Shown piece after piece: positions 1 through 8,638 of a stretch of 41,424 nucleotides of DNA. Under the pieces are notes generated by a model. It ran no database searches. It was not told where the DNA came from and saw only the letters and a program-made list of their open reading frames with translations. Position 1 is the stretch's first letter. Every line of letters begins with the position of its first letter. Source of the stretch: Alistipes sp. (GTDB lineage Bacteria; Bacteroidota; Bacteroidia; Bacteroidales; Rikenellaceae); contig JAIEHQ010000066.1 in assembly GCA_029065825.1 (NCBI GenBank), forward strand, positions 1-41,424, written 5' to 3'. The position numbers and the translations under genes are program-made.

Positions 1-1
1 G

Positions 2-982
2 TTCCTGGGGATCACGGCCGTCGCCGTGCTGATCGTCTTCGGCGGCTCGCTCGTGGAGTCGGGTTCGCTCTCGGCCGGAGGATTCGTCGGCTTCATCGCC
101 GTCTTCTCGCAGATCACGCGCCCCGTCCGCTCGTTCATCGACCAGTTCGCCAACATCAACCAGGGCATCGCCGCCGGCCAGCGCATCTTCGAGGTGCTGG
201 ACACGCCGGCCGAAATTCAGGACAAGCCCGATGCCCGCACCCTCGAAGGGCTGAAGGAGAAGATCGAGTTCCGCAACGTCCGCTTCTCCTACGACGGCAG
301 CCGCGAAGTGATCGGCGGAGTCTCGTTCGAAGTCGGACGCGGCCAGACCGTCGCGCTCGTCGGCCCCTCGGGCGGCGGCAAATCGACCCTCAGCGAGCTG
401 ATCCCCCGCTTCTACGACCCGACGGGCGGCGACATCCTGATCGACGGAGTGTCAATCCGCGACTACACGCAGGAGAGCCTGCGCGACCACATGAGCATCG
501 TGGCCCAGGATACGGTGCTCTTCAACGACACGATCGAAAACAACATCGCCCTGGGACGGCAGGGAGCCTCGCTCGAAGAGATCGTCGCGGCGGCCAAGGT
601 AGCCAACGCCCACCGCTTCATCGAGGAGACCCCGGAGGGCTACCGCACCAACATCGGCGACCGGGGATCCAAGCTCTCGGGCGGCCAGCGGCAGCGGCTG
701 AGCATCGCCCGCGCGGTGCTCAAGAACCCCGAGATCCTGATCCTCGACGAGGCCACCTCGGCACTCGACACCGAGAGCGAAAAGCTGGTGCAGGAGGCGC
801 TCAACTCGCTGCTCGAGGGGCGCACCTCGATCGTCATCGCCCACCGACTCTCGACCATCCACAACGCCGACAAGATCCTGGTCATCGACCGGGGCCGCAT
901 CGCCGAGGAGGGCACCCACGCCGAACTGATGGCGCGCGGCGGCATCTACTCGAAACTGATCGAGATGCAGAGCTTCGACTGA
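2..982 (+). CDS. ABC transporter ATP-binding/permease, MsbA-like (5' truncated by window edge)
   Basis: Frame open from base 2; end of TM domain, then Walker A GPSGGGKST, Q-loop VAQD, signature LSGGQRQR, Walker B ILILDEATSALD, H-loop IAHRLST. Confidence 0.9.
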   Translation, partial: FLGITAVAVLIVFGGSLVESGSLSAGGFVGFIAVFSQITRPVRSFIDQFANINQGIAAGQRIFEVLDTPAEIQDKPDARTLEGLKEKIEFRNVRFSYDGSREVIGGVSFEVGRGQTVALVGPSGGGKSTLSELIPRFYDPTGGDILIDGVSIRDYTQESLRDHMSIVAQDTVLFNDTIENNIALGRQGASLEEIVAAAKVANAHRFIEETPEGYRTNIGDRGSKLSGGQRQRLSIARAVLKNPEILILDEATSALDTESEKLVQEALNSLLEGRTSIVIAHRLSTIHNADKILVIDRGRIAEEGTHAELMARGGIYSKLIEMQSFD

Positions 983-1016
983 TCCGAAGGCTCCGGCATC
1001 CCCCGCACCAGCAAAC

Positions 1017-1061
1017 TCCCCGGAATCCCGCCTCCCCGCACGGATTCCGGGGATTCGTTTT
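1017..1061 (+). terminator. Probable intrinsic terminator after ABC transporter
   Basis: TCCCCGGAATCC (1017-1028) pairs with GGATTCCGGGGA (1042-1053), followed by TTCGTTTT. Confidence 0.55.
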
Positions 1062-1207
1062 GCAGGTCCGCGGGAAAGGCCCGGCACGCCCCGCTCCGGA
1101 TGCGCAGCCGCCCCCCCGGACGGGCGGGTTCGGAGCGGAAACGGCACTCAGGCGGGCACCGGACCGAAAAAACGGAAAGCGAACGGCGGAAAATCCATAT
1201 TTTTTTC

Positions 1208-1215
1208 TAACTTTG
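1208..1215 (+). promoter_or_regulatory. Bacteroidota housekeeping-sigma -7 element for ileS
   Basis: TAACTTTG matches TAnnTTTG, in an AT-rich patch 27 nt before the ATG at 1243. Confidence 0.7.
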
Positions 1216-1242
1216 CATTTTAGGAACAAACAGCAACGATAT

Positions 1243-4200
1243 ATGAAGTTCAAAGAGTATAAAGGCCTCGATCTGCCGGGGTTGGCCGCCGACATTCTCA
1301 AGGAGTGGGACGCTGAAGACACGTTCCACAAAAGCATCTCGACCCGCGAGGGACATCCTTCGTTCGTCTTCTACGAAGGTCCTCCCTCGGCCAACGGCAC
1401 GCCGGGCATCCACCACGTGATGGCCCGCACGATCAAGGACGTATTCTGCCGCTACAAAACCCAGCAGGGTTATCTGGTCCACCGCAAGGCGGGTTGGGAC
1501 ACGCACGGACTCCCCGTAGAGCTGGGTGTCGAGAAGAAGCTCGGCATTACCAAGGAAGACATCGGCCGCAAGATCTCGGTCGAGGAGTACAACCGCGCCT
1601 GCCGCGAGGCGGTCATGGAGTTCACGGGCATGTGGGAGGACCTGACCCGACGCATGGGTTACTGGGTCAATATGGACGATCCCTACATCACCTACGACAA
1701 CAAATACATCGAGACGCTCTGGTGGCTGCTCAAGCAGCTCTACGACAAGGGGCTGCTCTACAAGGGATACACCATCCAGCCCTACTCGCCGGCCGCCGGC
1801 ACGGGTCTCTCGACCCACGAGCTGAACCAGCCGGGCTGCTACCGCGACGTGAAGGACACCACCTGCACGGCGCAGTTCCGCATCGTACGCGACGAGCGGA
1901 GCGAGAAGCTCTTCGAGCTGGCCGAAGGGGAGCTTTACTTCCTGGCCTGGACGACGACCCCCTGGACGCTGCCTTCGAATACGGCGCTGGCCGTAGGCCC
2001 GGCGATCGAATACGTCGCCGTCAAGTGCCGCAACCCCTACACGGACGCGCCGCAGACGGTCGTCCTGGCCAAAGAGCTCGTAAGCTCCTGCTTTACCAAG
2101 AAGCAGGAGGGTACGTTCGAAATACTGCCCTTCAGCTGCAAGGGCGTCGCACTGGAGGGGATCCGCTACGAGCAGCTCATTCCCTGGATCAAACCCGACG
2201 GCGATGCGTTCCGCGTGATCGTGGGCGACTACGTGACCGTGTCGGACGGTACGGGCATCGTACACATCGCCCCGACCTTCGGTGCGGACGACGACCGTGT
2301 GGCGCGCGCCGCAGGCATCGCCCCGCTGTTCGTGGTCGATCGGGCCGGCAAGAACCAGCCGATGGTCGATAAGCGGGGACGTTTCTTCCCCGTCGAGGAC
2401 CTCGACCCGGAGTTCGTGCGCAGCAACGTCGATGAGACCGCCTACGCCGAGTGGGCCGGCCGCTACGTGAAGAACGCCTACGACGAGACCCTGGCCGACG
2501 ACGCACCGACGCTCGATGTCGATCTGGCCGTCGCCCTCAAGGCGGATAACAAGGTCTTCAAGATCGAAAAGCATACCCACTCCTACCCCCACTGCTGGCG
2601 CACGGACAAGCCGGTGCTCTACTACCCGCTCGACTCGTGGTTCATCCGCACCACCGCCCTGCGCGACCGCATGATCGAACTCAACAAGACGATCCGCTGG
2701 CGGCCCGAATCGACCGGCACGGGACGTTTCGGCAAGTGGCTCGAAGGACTGGTCGATTGGAACCTCTCGCGCTCGCGCTTCTGGGGCACCCCGCTGCCGA
2801 TCTGGGCGACGGAGGACTACTCGGAGATGAAGTGCATCGGTTCGGTCGAGGAGCTGATGGCCGAAATCGAGAAGTCGATCGCCGCCGGCGTGATGAAGGA
2901 GAATCCCTACAAGGACTTCAAGCCGGGCGACATGTCGCCGGAAAACTACGCTACCGACCGGCTCGACCTGCACAAGCCCTATGTGGACTCGATCGTGCTG
3001 GTTTCGTCGAAAGGAGAGCCGATGCACCGCGAGAGCGATCTGATCGACGTCTGGTTCGACTCGGGTGCCATGCCCTACGCCCAGCTGCACTATCCGTTCG
3101 AGAACGGGGGCGAGCAGTTCAAGACCGTCTATCCGGCCGACTTCATCGCCGAGGGTGTCGATCAGACGCGCGGCTGGTTCTTCACGCTGCACGCCATCGC
3201 CACGATGCTCTTCGACTCGGTGGCATTCAAGAACATCATATCGAACGGTCTGGTGCTGGACAAGAACGGCAACAAAATGTCCAAGCGGCTGGGCAACGCC
3301 GTCGATCCATTCGAGATTCTCTCGACCTACGGTGCCGACGCGACGCGCTGGTACATGATCTCCAACTCGCAGCCCTGGGACAACCTCAAGTTCGACCGCG
3401 ACGGAGTGGACGAGGTGCGCCGCAAGTTCTTCGGCACCCTCTACAACACCTACTCTTTCTTCGCGCTCTACGCCAACGTCGATGGCTTCACGGGCAAGGA
3501 GGCCGAGGTGCCGATGGCCGAGCGTCCCGAGATCGACCGCTGGATCATCTCGCTGCTCAACACGCTGGTCCGCAACGTGACCGAAGCGCTCGAAGGCTAC
3601 GATCCCACGCCGGCGGCCCGCATGATCCAGGAGTTCGTGTGCGAGAACCTCTCGAACTGGTACGTCCGCCTCAACCGCAAGCGCTTCTGGGGCGGCGGAC
3701 TGACCGCCGACAAGCTGGCGGCCTACCAGACGCTCTACACCTGCCTGGAGACCGTCTCGATGCTCGCGGCTCCTTTCGCGCCGTTCATCTCCGACCGCAT
3801 CTTCCGCGACCTGAACGCCGTGAGCGGCCGCCACACGGAGGAGTCGGTACACCTGGCGACCTTCCCCGTCTGCGACGAGCGGCTGATCGACACGGAACTG
3901 GAGCAGATGATGGCCCTCGCACAGCAGGCCTCGTCGATGGTGCTCGCCCTGCGCCGCAAGGTAAACATCAAGGTGCGCCAGCCTCTGAAGAAGATCCTCA
4001 TCCCGGTACTCGACCACGACATGGCCCGCCGCATCGAGGCGGTGCGCAACCTGGTCATGAACGAAGTGAACGTCAAGGAGATCGAGCTGATCGAAAAGAC
4101 CACGGGACTCATTACCAAGCGCATCAAGCCCAACTTCAAGACCCTCGGTCCCAAGTACGGCAAGCAGATGAAGCAGATCGCCGCACTCACGGCCACCTTC

Positions 4201-4641
4201 TCCCAGGAGCGGATCGCCGAGATCGAGGCCGCCGCGGAGACCGTGCTCGACATCGCCGGCGAACGGATCGTCGTCACGCCCGCCGACTTCGAGATCACCT
4301 CGGAGGACATGCCGGGCTGGCTGGTCGCAACGGAGGGCAAGCTGACCGTCGCGCTCGACATTACCGTAACCGACGAGCTGCGGGCCGAAGGAACCGCCCG
4401 CGAACTGGTAAACCGCATCCAGAATCTGCGCAAGGATTCGGGGCTGGAGGTAACGGACCGCATCCGGGTGGAGATCGAAGAGCTGGAGAGCCTGCGTCCG
4501 GCGCTGGAGCGCTTCGCCGACTACATCGCGCTCCAGACCCTTGCCGACAAGGTAGCCTTCGCCGCCTCGCCCGCCGGGACATTCACGGTAACGACCGAAG
4601 TGGACGAGCAGAGCGTAAAGATCGCACTGACCAAAATTTAA
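1243..4641 (+). CDS. ileS: Isoleucine--tRNA ligase (type 2 IleRS)
   Basis: Start moved to ATG 1243 (MKFKEY). Motifs FYEGPPSANG-GIHH, GWDTHGLP, editing WTTTPWTLPSN and GTGIVHIAP, DWNLSRSR, KMSKR; long type-2 C-terminus with no zinc finger. Confidence 0.97.
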   Translation: MKFKEYKGLDLPGLAADILKEWDAEDTFHKSISTREGHPSFVFYEGPPSANGTPGIHHVMARTIKDVFCRYKTQQGYLVHRKAGWDTHGLPVELGVEKKLGITKEDIGRKISVEEYNRACREAVMEFTGMWEDLTRRMGYWVNMDDPYITYDNKYIETLWWLLKQLYDKGLLYKGYTIQPYSPAAGTGLSTHELNQPGCYRDVKDTTCTAQFRIVRDERSEKLFELAEGELYFLAWTTTPWTLPSNTALAVGPAIEYVAVKCRNPYTDAPQTVVLAKELVSSCFTKKQEGTFEILPFSCKGVALEGIRYEQLIPWIKPDGDAFRVIVGDYVTVSDGTGIVHIAPTFGADDDRVARAAGIAPLFVVDRAGKNQPMVDKRGRFFPVEDLDPEFVRSNVDETAYAEWAGRYVKNAYDETLADDAPTLDVDLAVALKADNKVFKIEKHTHSYPHCWRTDKPVLYYPLDSWFIRTTALRDRMIELNKTIRWRPESTGTGRFGKWLEGLVDWNLSRSRFWGTPLPIWATEDYSEMKCIGSVEELMAEIEKSIAAGVMKENPYKDFKPGDMSPENYATDRLDLHKPYVDSIVLVSSKGEPMHRESDLIDVWFDSGAMPYAQLHYPFENGGEQFKTVYPADFIAEGVDQTRGWFFTLHAIATMLFDSVAFKNIISNGLVLDKNGNKMSKRLGNAVDPFEILSTYGADATRWYMISNSQPWDNLKFDRDGVDEVRRKFFGTLYNTYSFFALYANVDGFTGKEAEVPMAERPEIDRWIISLLNTLVRNVTEALEGYDPTPAARMIQEFVCENLSNWYVRLNRKRFWGGGLTADKLAAYQTLYTCLETVSMLAAPFAPFISDRIFRDLNAVSGRHTEESVHLATFPVCDERLIDTELEQMMALAQQASSMVLALRRKVNIKVRQPLKKILIPVLDHDMARRIEAVRNLVMNEVNVKEIELIEKTTGLITKRIKPNFKTLGPKYGKQMKQIAALTATFSQERIAEIEAAAETVLDIAGERIVVTPADFEITSEDMPGWLVATEGKLTVALDITVTDELRAEGTARELVNRIQNLRKDSGLEVTDRIRVEIEELESLRPALERFADYIALQTLADKVAFAASPAGTFTVTTEVDEQSVKIALTKI

Positions 4642-4647
4642 ATCCGC

Positions 4648-4671
4648 AAAACGGGCCGAACGGCCCGTTTT
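4648..4671 (+). terminator. Hairpin/terminator after ileS
   Basis: AAAACGGGCCG-AA-CGGCCCGTTTT perfect inverted repeat with A/T tails. Confidence 0.6.
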
Positions 4672-4681
4672 CGGCAAAATA

Positions 4682-4713
4682 TTTGGAAGTGCAGGAAAAA
4701 AGCTCTATATTAG
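4682..4713 (+). promoter_or_regulatory. Putative -33/-7 promoter for dksA-like gene
   Basis: TTTG (4682-4685), 20-nt spacer, TATATTAG (4706-4713; one mismatch to TAnnTTTG). Confidence 0.55.
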
Positions 4714-4740
4714 TAACTGTATAATTAAAAAAACGCAAGT

Positions 4741-5124
4741 ATGGCCGACGAGAGAACCAGATACAGCGACGCTGAACTCGAGGAGTTCCGCCAACTCATC
4801 CAGAAGAAATTGGAATCGGCACGCGCCGACTACGAACTGTTGCGTGCGACGATCACGCACACCGCCGACAACGACACGGAGGATACTTCGCCCACTTTCA
4901 AGGTGCTCGAAGAGGGGGCCACGACGCTCTCGAAGGAGGAGAGCGGACGTTTGGCAGCACACCAGCTGAAATTCATCCGCAACCTCGAAATGGCCCTCGT
5001 GCGCATCGAGAACAAGACCTACGGAATCTGCAAGACCACGGGCAAGCTGATCCCGAAGGAGCGTCTGATGAAGGTGCCCCATGCCACCGAGTGCATCGAG
5101 GCGAAAGAGGCGCGCAACCGTTAG
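4741..5124 (+). CDS. dksA: TraR/DksA family transcriptional regulator
   Basis: Coiled coil with DTEDTS tip, then ALVRIENKTYGICKTTGKLIPKERL..VPHATECIEAK; position after ileS is typical of Bacteroidota. Confidence 0.9.
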   Translation: MADERTRYSDAELEEFRQLIQKKLESARADYELLRATITHTADNDTEDTSPTFKVLEEGATTLSKEESGRLAAHQLKFIRNLEMALVRIENKTYGICKTTGKLIPKERLMKVPHATECIEAKEARNR

Positions 5125-5149
5125 CCTGCCTGCGATTCCCAGCCGAACG

Positions 5150-5188
5150 AACCGGCCCGCCAGTTTCCTGGCGGGCCGGTTTTCTTTT
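5150..5188 (+). terminator. Intrinsic terminator between convergent dksA and M56 genes
   Basis: AACCGGCCCGCCAG-TTTC-CTGGCGGGCCGGTT followed by TTCTTTT. Confidence 0.85.
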
Positions 5189-5243
5189 GCCGCTCCCCCC
5201 CATGCCCTCATCCGGCAGGGAGCGGTTTCAAAAGAGGGCGTAC

Positions 5244-7982
5244 CTAATCTTCACGACTATTCTCCGCTGCGGCCAACCGTTTCGCCGTCCGAGAATTTTT
5301 TCGGAGCGTGACCCGCACCACACCCCCGGCCGCACGGCTGCCGTAACGCTCCGACAGCTCCCCGGCCTCACGCGCGACCTCTTCGCCGCCGAAGACCTGC
5401 ACGATCTCGATATCGCGCTCCGGAATCCGCTCCAGTGTCAAAACGGGGACAGGCCGGTCATCTACCAGAACCAACGGCAAGGAGAAGGGATCCGCCCGTT
5501 TCAGATTCCGCAGGCCGAACTTGCGGACCTTGAAGGTATTCTTGCCGTCCACCGAGACGAACTCCCCTTTCAGGTAACGGAAGGGGTGGTTTTTCGCATC
5601 GTACACGGTCGGCTCGTCATCATCCTCCCGACCGGCATAGCGGGAGGTTACGCACACCACCCCGTTGCAGGCTGCCGGACCGTATGTCTCAAACACCCTC
5701 CCGCCGGGTGCAGGAACGATGCGGATCGAGGCGATATGGTCGGCCGCCCCCGGGTTGCCGAGCATCCGAAAATCGACGATCCGCCCGTCCCACAGCGTCA
5801 GCGGGAAGCATCCGGTCCTCCAGGGCTCGACACGGCGCAGTCCGAGTTTCGAAACGCGGTAGGTGTCCGGCTGCCCGGGCAGCGGCTCGAAATCGCCCTC
5901 CAGCCAGTGAAACGGATCGGGCTTCGGTCCCGCCTTCCCGGATTCCCCCGCGAGCGGGCGGCTCGTCAGCTCCACGACGCCCATGCGCCCCCGACGACCG
6001 TACCTCTTCACGGCCTCCTCCCGACGCAGCAAGGTAGCCGATGCGATCTCCCGACTGCTTATCCCGAAGAGTTCGAACTGCCCGATCGGCTCGCCGTCCA
6101 ACAGCCAGAGCGCCTGCTCCGCCCCGAAGCGGGGAATCAAACGGGCCGGATCCGCATCCTCAGCGAACAGAAAGGTGGTCGTCAGCCTCTCCTCCGACGC
6201 AATGACCGACACGGCCGGATCGTCCGCACACTTCGCCGCATACCGCTCGACGGCCTGCCGCACGGAGCGGTCGAACAGAGGCAGCAGACCGTCCGGAATC
6301 TCCTCGCCCAGCACCAGGCACAGCTGCATGTCTTCCCGGCTCCAGGCCGAGGAATCGGACCTTCCCCACCTATGTCGGCCATCATAGGGTCCGAAGAAGA
6401 ACTGAACTATTCCGTCGGCCGACTTCTCCCCGTACACTGCCAGCAGTTCGGGATCCTTCACGACCCGGGCAAAGAGCACGTTCGCCTGTTCCCGCTCCGT
6501 ATAGTGCGCCAGCGTGTCGCACAACGCCTCGGGTGCGACCTCCTGCCCATCCCATAACAGAAGCGGCAGATGCGCGGGATCGAACCGGAAATCGGAGGGT
6601 GTGCCGTTCGTCTGATAAATGACTCCCCGCTGTCCGGGAATGGAGATCGTCAGCTCGAAGCCTCCGTCCAGCCGCACGTCGAAATGAAGATCGCAATCGG
6701 GAACTCCGAAGCCCAACGCGCCAGCAAGCTCCCCCCTGTTGAAATAGTACCACGTGACTCCGCCCGTGACATCCGCAATCGCGAAGCCTCCTTCGGCATC
6801 GGTCACAACCGGCTGCGGAGCGCCGCACAGCAACTCGAACCCCTCGATCGGGCAGTCCTCCCCGTCCAAAACCCGGCCGGTTATCGTGCAGCTCCTCTTC
6901 GGCCGTCCGGCGGCCAGCTCCAGTTCGGAGAAAAGCCCCCGCAGACGCGCGACAGCGGCGGGCGACTGCTCCGACGGACTTTCCGGCATCGAGGTAGCCG
7001 CCCCGGCCGGCCGGGAGAGGATGGTTTTCCCGGATTTTTTCATACCTTTGTCCTCCGGAAGGACATAGGAGGTTCGTGCGAAAGCGCACAGCGCCAGGCA
7101 CGTAAGCGGCAGAACATAGAGCGCCTTGGCTCCGGCCCACCCCGATGACTTTTTACGAGACATCATGGTAATACGTTTTTTAAGGTTACTATGATTCAGG
7201 CTGTTGGCAACAGAGCACCACCTCCCGCCAATGGCCTTTCTTATGAGCAGCATCTGATAGTCGCGCGCGTCGGCCCCCGCACGCAGCACCTCCCGATCGG
7301 CCTGAAATTCATGCACGGCACGCAGTTCGCGGCGCAGCAGCCACATCGCCGGATTGAACCACTGCAAACACCCCAGCAGATCGACCGCCAGCAGATCGCA
7401 GGAGTGGTGCAACCGGATATGCGCCCGCTCATGCAACAGAATCGTCGTCCCGTCGCGCTCCCAGTCCTCACGGGAGAGGACCGCATAACGCATCCAGCTG
7501 AAGGGAGGCTGCCGCCGGTCGAGCAGCACCAGACAGCTCCCGTCCGCCTGCCCGATCCGCTCGCCGCTGCGCACCAGCCGCCCGATCAGCACCCCATTCC
7601 GAAACATACGCCCCGCCAGCAAGCAGACTCCTGCGAGATACACCGCCAACAGAAGCGTCCCCACCCCCAGCGGCTGCCGCACCCCCGCCGCCGCAGCGGG
7701 ACGGGGCGCGGGAAGCTCCGCGACCGGTTCCATAGACAAATCATCCATAGGCGCTGCCGACAGAACGGTCGAAAGCGGAAGGGCTGCTCCCCCTGAGTCC
7801 GGCAGCTCCCGCTCGACGGTAACGACGCACAGAGGCAGCAGCAGCGAAAGGGGCAGCATGCCGCACAGCAGAACGCGCCGGATCCGGTAGCAGGTATCGC
7901 GGCCGAGCAGCAGTTCGTAGCAGAGGAAGAAAGCGATCAGGCAGCCTCCCGCTTTCAGGACATGGAGCAGCAACGCAGACAT
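5244..7982 (-). CDS. BlaR1/MecR1-like M56 metallopeptidase sensor with carboxypeptidase-regulatory-like domain and four TonB-receptor plug-like repeats
   Basis: N-terminal TMs, PFSW, HERAH (HExxH, 7419-7433), QWFNP, VHEFQAD, LKKRITMM; then CTITGRVLD..VTDAEGGFAI and repeated PL.L.DG...YG....GVV.T units; directly downstream of blaI-like gene. Confidence 0.88.
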   Translation of the reverse strand: MSALLLHVLKAGGCLIAFFLCYELLLGRDTCYRIRRVLLCGMLPLSLLLPLCVVTVERELPDSGGAALPLSTVLSAAPMDDLSMEPVAELPAPRPAAAAGVRQPLGVGTLLLAVYLAGVCLLAGRMFRNGVLIGRLVRSGERIGQADGSCLVLLDRRQPPFSWMRYAVLSREDWERDGTTILLHERAHIRLHHSCDLLAVDLLGCLQWFNPAMWLLRRELRAVHEFQADREVLRAGADARDYQMLLIRKAIGGRWCSVANSLNHSNLKKRITMMSRKKSSGWAGAKALYVLPLTCLALCAFARTSYVLPEDKGMKKSGKTILSRPAGAATSMPESPSEQSPAAVARLRGLFSELELAAGRPKRSCTITGRVLDGEDCPIEGFELLCGAPQPVVTDAEGGFAIADVTGGVTWYYFNRGELAGALGFGVPDCDLHFDVRLDGGFELTISIPGQRGVIYQTNGTPSDFRFDPAHLPLLLWDGQEVAPEALCDTLAHYTEREQANVLFARVVKDPELLAVYGEKSADGIVQFFFGPYDGRHRWGRSDSSAWSREDMQLCLVLGEEIPDGLLPLFDRSVRQAVERYAAKCADDPAVSVIASEERLTTTFLFAEDADPARLIPRFGAEQALWLLDGEPIGQFELFGISSREIASATLLRREEAVKRYGRRGRMGVVELTSRPLAGESGKAGPKPDPFHWLEGDFEPLPGQPDTYRVSKLGLRRVEPWRTGCFPLTLWDGRIVDFRMLGNPGAADHIASIRIVPAPGGRVFETYGPAACNGVVCVTSRYAGREDDDEPTVYDAKNHPFRYLKGEFVSVDGKNTFKVRKFGLRNLKRADPFSLPLVLVDDRPVPVLTLERIPERDIEIVQVFGGEEVAREAGELSERYGSRAAGGVVRVTLRKNSRTAKRLAAAENSRED

Positions 7983-7989
7983 AAGCGGA

Positions 7990-8355
7990 CTATTTTTCGG
8001 TTTGACTCTCGATGCGGCGGATCAGTTCGCGCAACTCGTCCAGCGAAATCTCCTCCTCCTCGACCAGCGAGGAGACGGCCCCCAGATAGGAGTTGCCGAA
8101 ATATTTGTCCACCACCTTGCGGAGCGTCCGGCGACCGCACTCCTCCCGCCCGACAAGCGGGTAATAACGGTAGGTGCTTCCGTAATCCTCGTGTCCGACA
8201 TAGCCTTTCGCCTCCAGCGAACGGACCATCGTCGATAGGGTGTTGAAATGGGGTTTCGGCTCGGGCCAGAGCGCTACCAGTTCGCGGACGAACAGCGGTC
8301 CCCGCTCCCAGAAACAGCGCATCAGCTCCTCTTCTTTGGGTGTCAGCTTTTCCAT
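7990..8355 (-). CDS. BlaI/MecI/CopY family transcriptional repressor
   Basis: Start moved to ATG 8355 (MEKLTPKEEELM); W..GPLFVREL...PKPHFNTLSTMVRSLEAKGYV, YRYYPLV, YFGNSY..VSSLVEEEEISLDELRELI. Confidence 0.93.
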   Translation of the reverse strand: MEKLTPKEEELMRCFWERGPLFVRELVALWPEPKPHFNTLSTMVRSLEAKGYVGHEDYGSTYRYYPLVGREECGRRTLRKVVDKYFGNSYLGAVSSLVEEEEISLDELRELIRRIESQTEK

Positions 8356-8425
8356 GACGATACGATTACAAACAAAAACGGCAACGAAACAATCGGTTTG
8401 CGAAGGTTGTGAAGATCCTTCGCAA

Positions 8426-8478
8426 CAAAGATAACTAAATTTCACTCACAATCAACTAAAAAATATAGTTAAAGTGAA
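8426..8478 (-). promoter_or_regulatory. blaI promoter (-7 TATCTTTG) with candidate operator
   Basis: Plus-strand CAAAGATA at 8426-8433 reads TATCTTTG on minus; AACTA-N7-TAGTT inverted repeat at 8454-8470. Confidence 0.6.
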
Positions 8479-8556
8479 TATTTTCCACAACACACTAATT
8501 ACAAAAAAAATTAAACTACGACGAAAAATCATCGGACAGCGCGACACTACATACAC

Positions 8557-8594
8557 AAAAAAGCGTTCCGCCTCCCTTTCGGGAGACGGAACGC
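8557..8594 (-). terminator. Intrinsic terminator ending the nine-gene operon
   Basis: Minus strand GCGTTCCGTCTCCC-GAAA-GGGAGGCGGAACGC-TTTTTT. Confidence 0.85.
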
Positions 8595-8616
8595 CGCAGC
8601 GGGCAGCCATGCGCAG

Positions 8617-8638
8617 CGACTATTCGGCCGAATAGTCG
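8617..8638. repeat. Perfect 22-bp palindrome spanning a stop codon
   Basis: CGACTATTCGGCCGAATAGTCG equals its own reverse complement. Confidence 0.9.

Noticed and set aside
1060-1242. N-terminal extensions in the ORF track (ileS, blaI, 15146-15844, mqnL, ppiD, coaX, rng, tsaE)
   Set aside because: They run through promoters or neighbouring genes; downstream ATGs match the family N-termini.
985-1242. T-box riboswitch upstream of ileS
   Set aside because: The promoter element is only 27 nt from the start codon, no T-box motif is visible, and the hairpin present belongs to the upstream gene.
1207-4677. Very long antisense and alternate-frame ORFs (also 9213-12221, 17429-20692, 20858-23128, 34483-38133, 39134-40771)
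   Set aside because: Shadows of real genes caused by high GC and codon bias; no motifs, promoters or plausible composition.
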